Positions 61,614-64,000 of a stretch of 64,000 nucleotides of DNA are shown piece after piece. Both the position numbers and the translations under genes were made by a program. The notes below the pieces were generated by a model. It was not told the origin of the DNA and made no database searches. It worked only from the letters and a program-made list of their open reading frames with translations. The stretch comes from Caldisericia bacterium. GTDB lineage: Bacteria; Caldisericota; Caldisericia; JAAYUI01. Position 1 is the stretch's first letter, and every line of letters starts with the position of its first letter. The stretch lies in NCBI GenBank assembly GCA_963674785.1, contig OY771555.1:1536001-1600000 (forward strand). The letters are read 5' to 3'.

Positions 61614-63648
61614 TCTCCTTATCGAAATCGGGACAGAAGAACTTCCAGCAAACCAGATTAAAAAAGCAATATCCCATATCAGGGGCAGTTTTGAAAAAAT
61701 ATTGAATGAATCGGGTTTGACTTTTTCAAGTATCAAAGAATATGCAACTCCAAGAAGACTTGGTCTATTTATCACAGATGTTTCTGACCAAGGACCAGAT
61801 ACCGAGAAAGAACTTAAGGGGCCACCAAAAAAGATTTGTTTTGATAAAGATGGAAACCCAAGCAAAGCCCTGGAAGGTTTTTTGAATAAATCAGGAATCA
61901 CAATTGATGATGTTTCCTACAAGATGTTTGGAAAAAACGAAAATGCCGTTGCAAACATCATTGTACCAGGTGTAAAGCTTGCTGATGTTGTCTCCGAGGA
62001 ACTTCCAAAAATAATTCTTTCTTTCCCTCATCCACACTCAATGAAGTGGGATGAAACTGGTGTTTCATGGGTTAGACCAATAAGGTGGATTGTTGCCCTC
62101 AAAGACTCGGAAGTCCTTCCAGTAAAACTCGGTAAAGTTGTATCAGGTAGATTTACAAAATCACCAAGACCAGAAAAAACTTGCGAAATTGAAATCAAAT
62201 CTGCGAATGATTACGAAAAAACCCTTGAATCAATGGGTGTTATTCCCGGGTATCAAGAGAGAAAAGATTTCATATTCAACAAAGCCAATGGTCAGGCAAA
62301 AGAACTTGGACTTGTAATCAAAAGAAATGAAAAGCTCTTGAATGAGCTGGTTGGAATTGTCGAAAGACCATTTGTTGTTACGGGCGAGTTTCCAGTGGAA
62401 TATATCGAGTCAACACCAGACTTGGTTTTAAGGTCAGTGCTTGTTTCAGATCTTAGATTTATTCCGTTTGAAAAACCTGATGGAACTCTTTCAAATAGGT
62501 TTGCTCTCACCATAAATGGTGGCGAGAATCTTGTAAAGACTACCATGGCTGGTGAGATGAAAGTTTTACTTGGAAAACTTTCTGATGCAAAATTCTTCTT
62601 TGAAAAAGACAGACAGAAAAAACTTGAAGATTACAGGGATTCTCTCTCTGGGATTGCTTTTATCAAAGGTCTTGGAACAATTCAAGACAAAACGGAAAGA
62701 CTCGTTAAGATAGCCTCAGACCTTTCCAAATTTTCAGATGAGAATATTGTTGACCTTGTGAAATCCGCGAGCCTTTCAAAACTCGATCTTGCAACATCAC
62801 TTGTCCGAGAACACGATGAGCTTCAAGGCGAAATCGGCGGACTCTATGCCTCGCTTGATGGTGAGAATGGAGAGATTTCAAAGGCGATATCTCAGCACTA
62901 CTTGCCTGCAACAGAAGTTGATATTTTGCCAGAAACAAAAACTGGTTTGATGCTCTCACTTATTGACAAAACTGATTCTCTTGTAAATCTTATTTCTGCT
63001 GGTTCAATTCCAAAAGGTTCTGCTGACCCTCTGGGTGTCAGGAGATTTGCAACAAACATAATCAGAATTCTTGTTGATGGTGAAATAGATGAGAATTTTG
63101 AAGAATTGATTAATGTTTGTCTTGGTTATTCAATCAAAAAATCAGAGACCGCATTTGAAGATATTGTCGCATTTATAAAACCAAGACTCGAGAAACTCCT
63201 TAAAGATAAAGGTCATAGGTATGATGTTGTCAGAGCATCAATCTCTGACAATATTTCAAACATAAAAGATGCCGAAAGAAAATGTATTGCAATTACCGCA
63301 ATATATCAAAAGGATGAATTCGTAAGGATTGTTGAGACTGCAAAACGACTCAAGAATATCCTGAAAGATTGGGATAAAATTGAGTTTGATAATGAGCTAT
63401 TTGAAAATGGCACCGAAAAAGAATTTGCAGCTTCTGCAAAATCAATCTTTGAAAGAATAGATGTTGCTGATTCTTTTGAAAACAAGTTTGATATATTGTT
63501 TGAGCTTGTTGCACCTGCAGATAAGTATTTTGAAGAAATTCTTGTAAACGCAGAAGATGAAAAAATCCGTAATAATAGGAAAAATTTCCTGTCCTGGGTT
63601 TTACTCGGGATGTTCAAAATATCTGATTTCACAGCTATTGCGATATAG
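61606..63648 (+). CDS. glyS: Glycine--tRNA ligase beta subunit
   Basis: LLIEIGTEELP, TPRRL, RPIRW, ELQG and GSADPLGVRR motifs; ATG at 61606 after GGAGG. Confidence 0.96.
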   Translation: MSNLLIEIGTEELPANQIKKAISHIRGSFEKILNESGLTFSSIKEYATPRRLGLFITDVSDQGPDTEKELKGPPKKICFDKDGNPSKALEGFLNKSGITIDDVSYKMFGKNENAVANIIVPGVKLADVVSEELPKIILSFPHPHSMKWDETGVSWVRPIRWIVALKDSEVLPVKLGKVVSGRFTKSPRPEKTCEIEIKSANDYEKTLESMGVIPGYQERKDFIFNKANGQAKELGLVIKRNEKLLNELVGIVERPFVVTGEFPVEYIESTPDLVLRSVLVSDLRFIPFEKPDGTLSNRFALTINGGENLVKTTMAGEMKVLLGKLSDAKFFFEKDRQKKLEDYRDSLSGIAFIKGLGTIQDKTERLVKIASDLSKFSDENIVDLVKSASLSKLDLATSLVREHDELQGEIGGLYASLDGENGEISKAISQHYLPATEVDILPETKTGLMLSLIDKTDSLVNLISAGSIPKGSADPLGVRRFATNIIRILVDGEIDENFEELINVCLGYSIKKSETAFEDIVAFIKPRLEKLLKDKGHRYDVVRASISDNISNIKDAERKCIAITAIYQKDEFVRIVETAKRLKNILKDWDKIEFDNELFENGTEKEFAASAKSIFERIDVADSFENKFDILFELVAPADKYFEEILVNAEDEKIRNNRKNFLSWVLLGMFKISDFTAIAI

Positions 63649-63656
63649 AGGAGATC

Positions 63657-63857
63657 ATGGGTAAGTTTACCGTAGAATTGTTTAGAAGGTTTTGTAAAAA
63701 CTGCATGCTTTGTTTGCATATTTGTCCAAAATCTGTGTTTACCACAAATGAAAGAGCACAGGTTGTTGTAGAGGATAGCAGCAAATGTATTGGATGCAAA
63801 AGATGCACAGAAATCTGTCCTGATTTTGCATTGGAGGTGTCGAAAAATGGCGACTAA
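63657..63857 (+). CDS. 2x[4Fe-4S] ferredoxin (2-oxoacid oxidoreductase delta subunit)
   Basis: CKNCMLC...CP and CIGCKRC...CP motifs. Confidence 0.9.
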   Translation: MGKFTVELFRRFCKNCMLCLHICPKSVFTTNERAQVVVEDSSKCIGCKRCTEICPDFALEVSKNGD

Positions 63858-64000
63858 ATCTTATCTTTGGCAGGGTGCTCATGCTATTAGCATGGGTGCG
63901 TGTAAAGCCGGTGTAAATTTTTTCGCTGGTTACCCAATCACACCTTCAACCGAAGTAGCCGAGTCGATGTCTTGGGAACTTCCACAGAGAGGTGGGGTTT
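63847..64000 (+). CDS. 2-oxoacid:ferredoxin oxidoreductase alpha subunit (partial)
   Basis: Hand translation MATKSYLWQGAHAISMGA..AG..FFAGYPITPSTE; runs off the window end. Confidence 0.9.
   Translation, partial: MATKSYLWQGAHAISMGACKAGVNFFAGYPITPSTEVAESMSWELPQRGGV

Overview
A 64 kb, AT-rich bacterial chromosome segment. It is probably from an anaerobe; the very large exported proteins with a C-terminal copper-amine-oxidase-N-like 'stalk' domain suggest a Caldisericota-like or other deep-branching lineage, but that is inference. About two thirds is housekeeping: rel-dtd-MBL, tldD-pmbA, a short dcw cluster (rnpB-rsmH-ftsL-PBP-murE-murF), infC-rpmI-rplT-glmM-dnaE-pfk-kinase, malic enzyme-tgt-HD-thrS, a Clp ATPase, a murJ/LCP/O-antigen-ligase cluster, glyQS and the start of a 2-oxoacid oxidoreductase operon. 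The stand-out accessory locus is 4.0-28.0 kb. An apparently non-cleavable LexA-like repressor lies back-to-back with a small excisionase-type HTH gene, followed by two giant exported paralogues (4684 and 2732 aa) built from a ~130-aa repeat. The larger protein has modules nested inside other modules, Tyr/Ser/Gly loops at a fixed position, and two ~165-aa inserts with Hint/intein-like ends; a five-hairpin RNA element separates the two genes. Other oddities: the rsmH frame must start inside the RNase P RNA gene (which lacks P18), MurE has lost its substrate-recognition motifs, the Clp ATPase has a hybrid architecture, rel looks leaderless, and two genes look ATA-started. No tRNA, rRNA, CRISPR array, transposase or integrase was seen. 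All calls are from reading motifs by eye; no searches were run.
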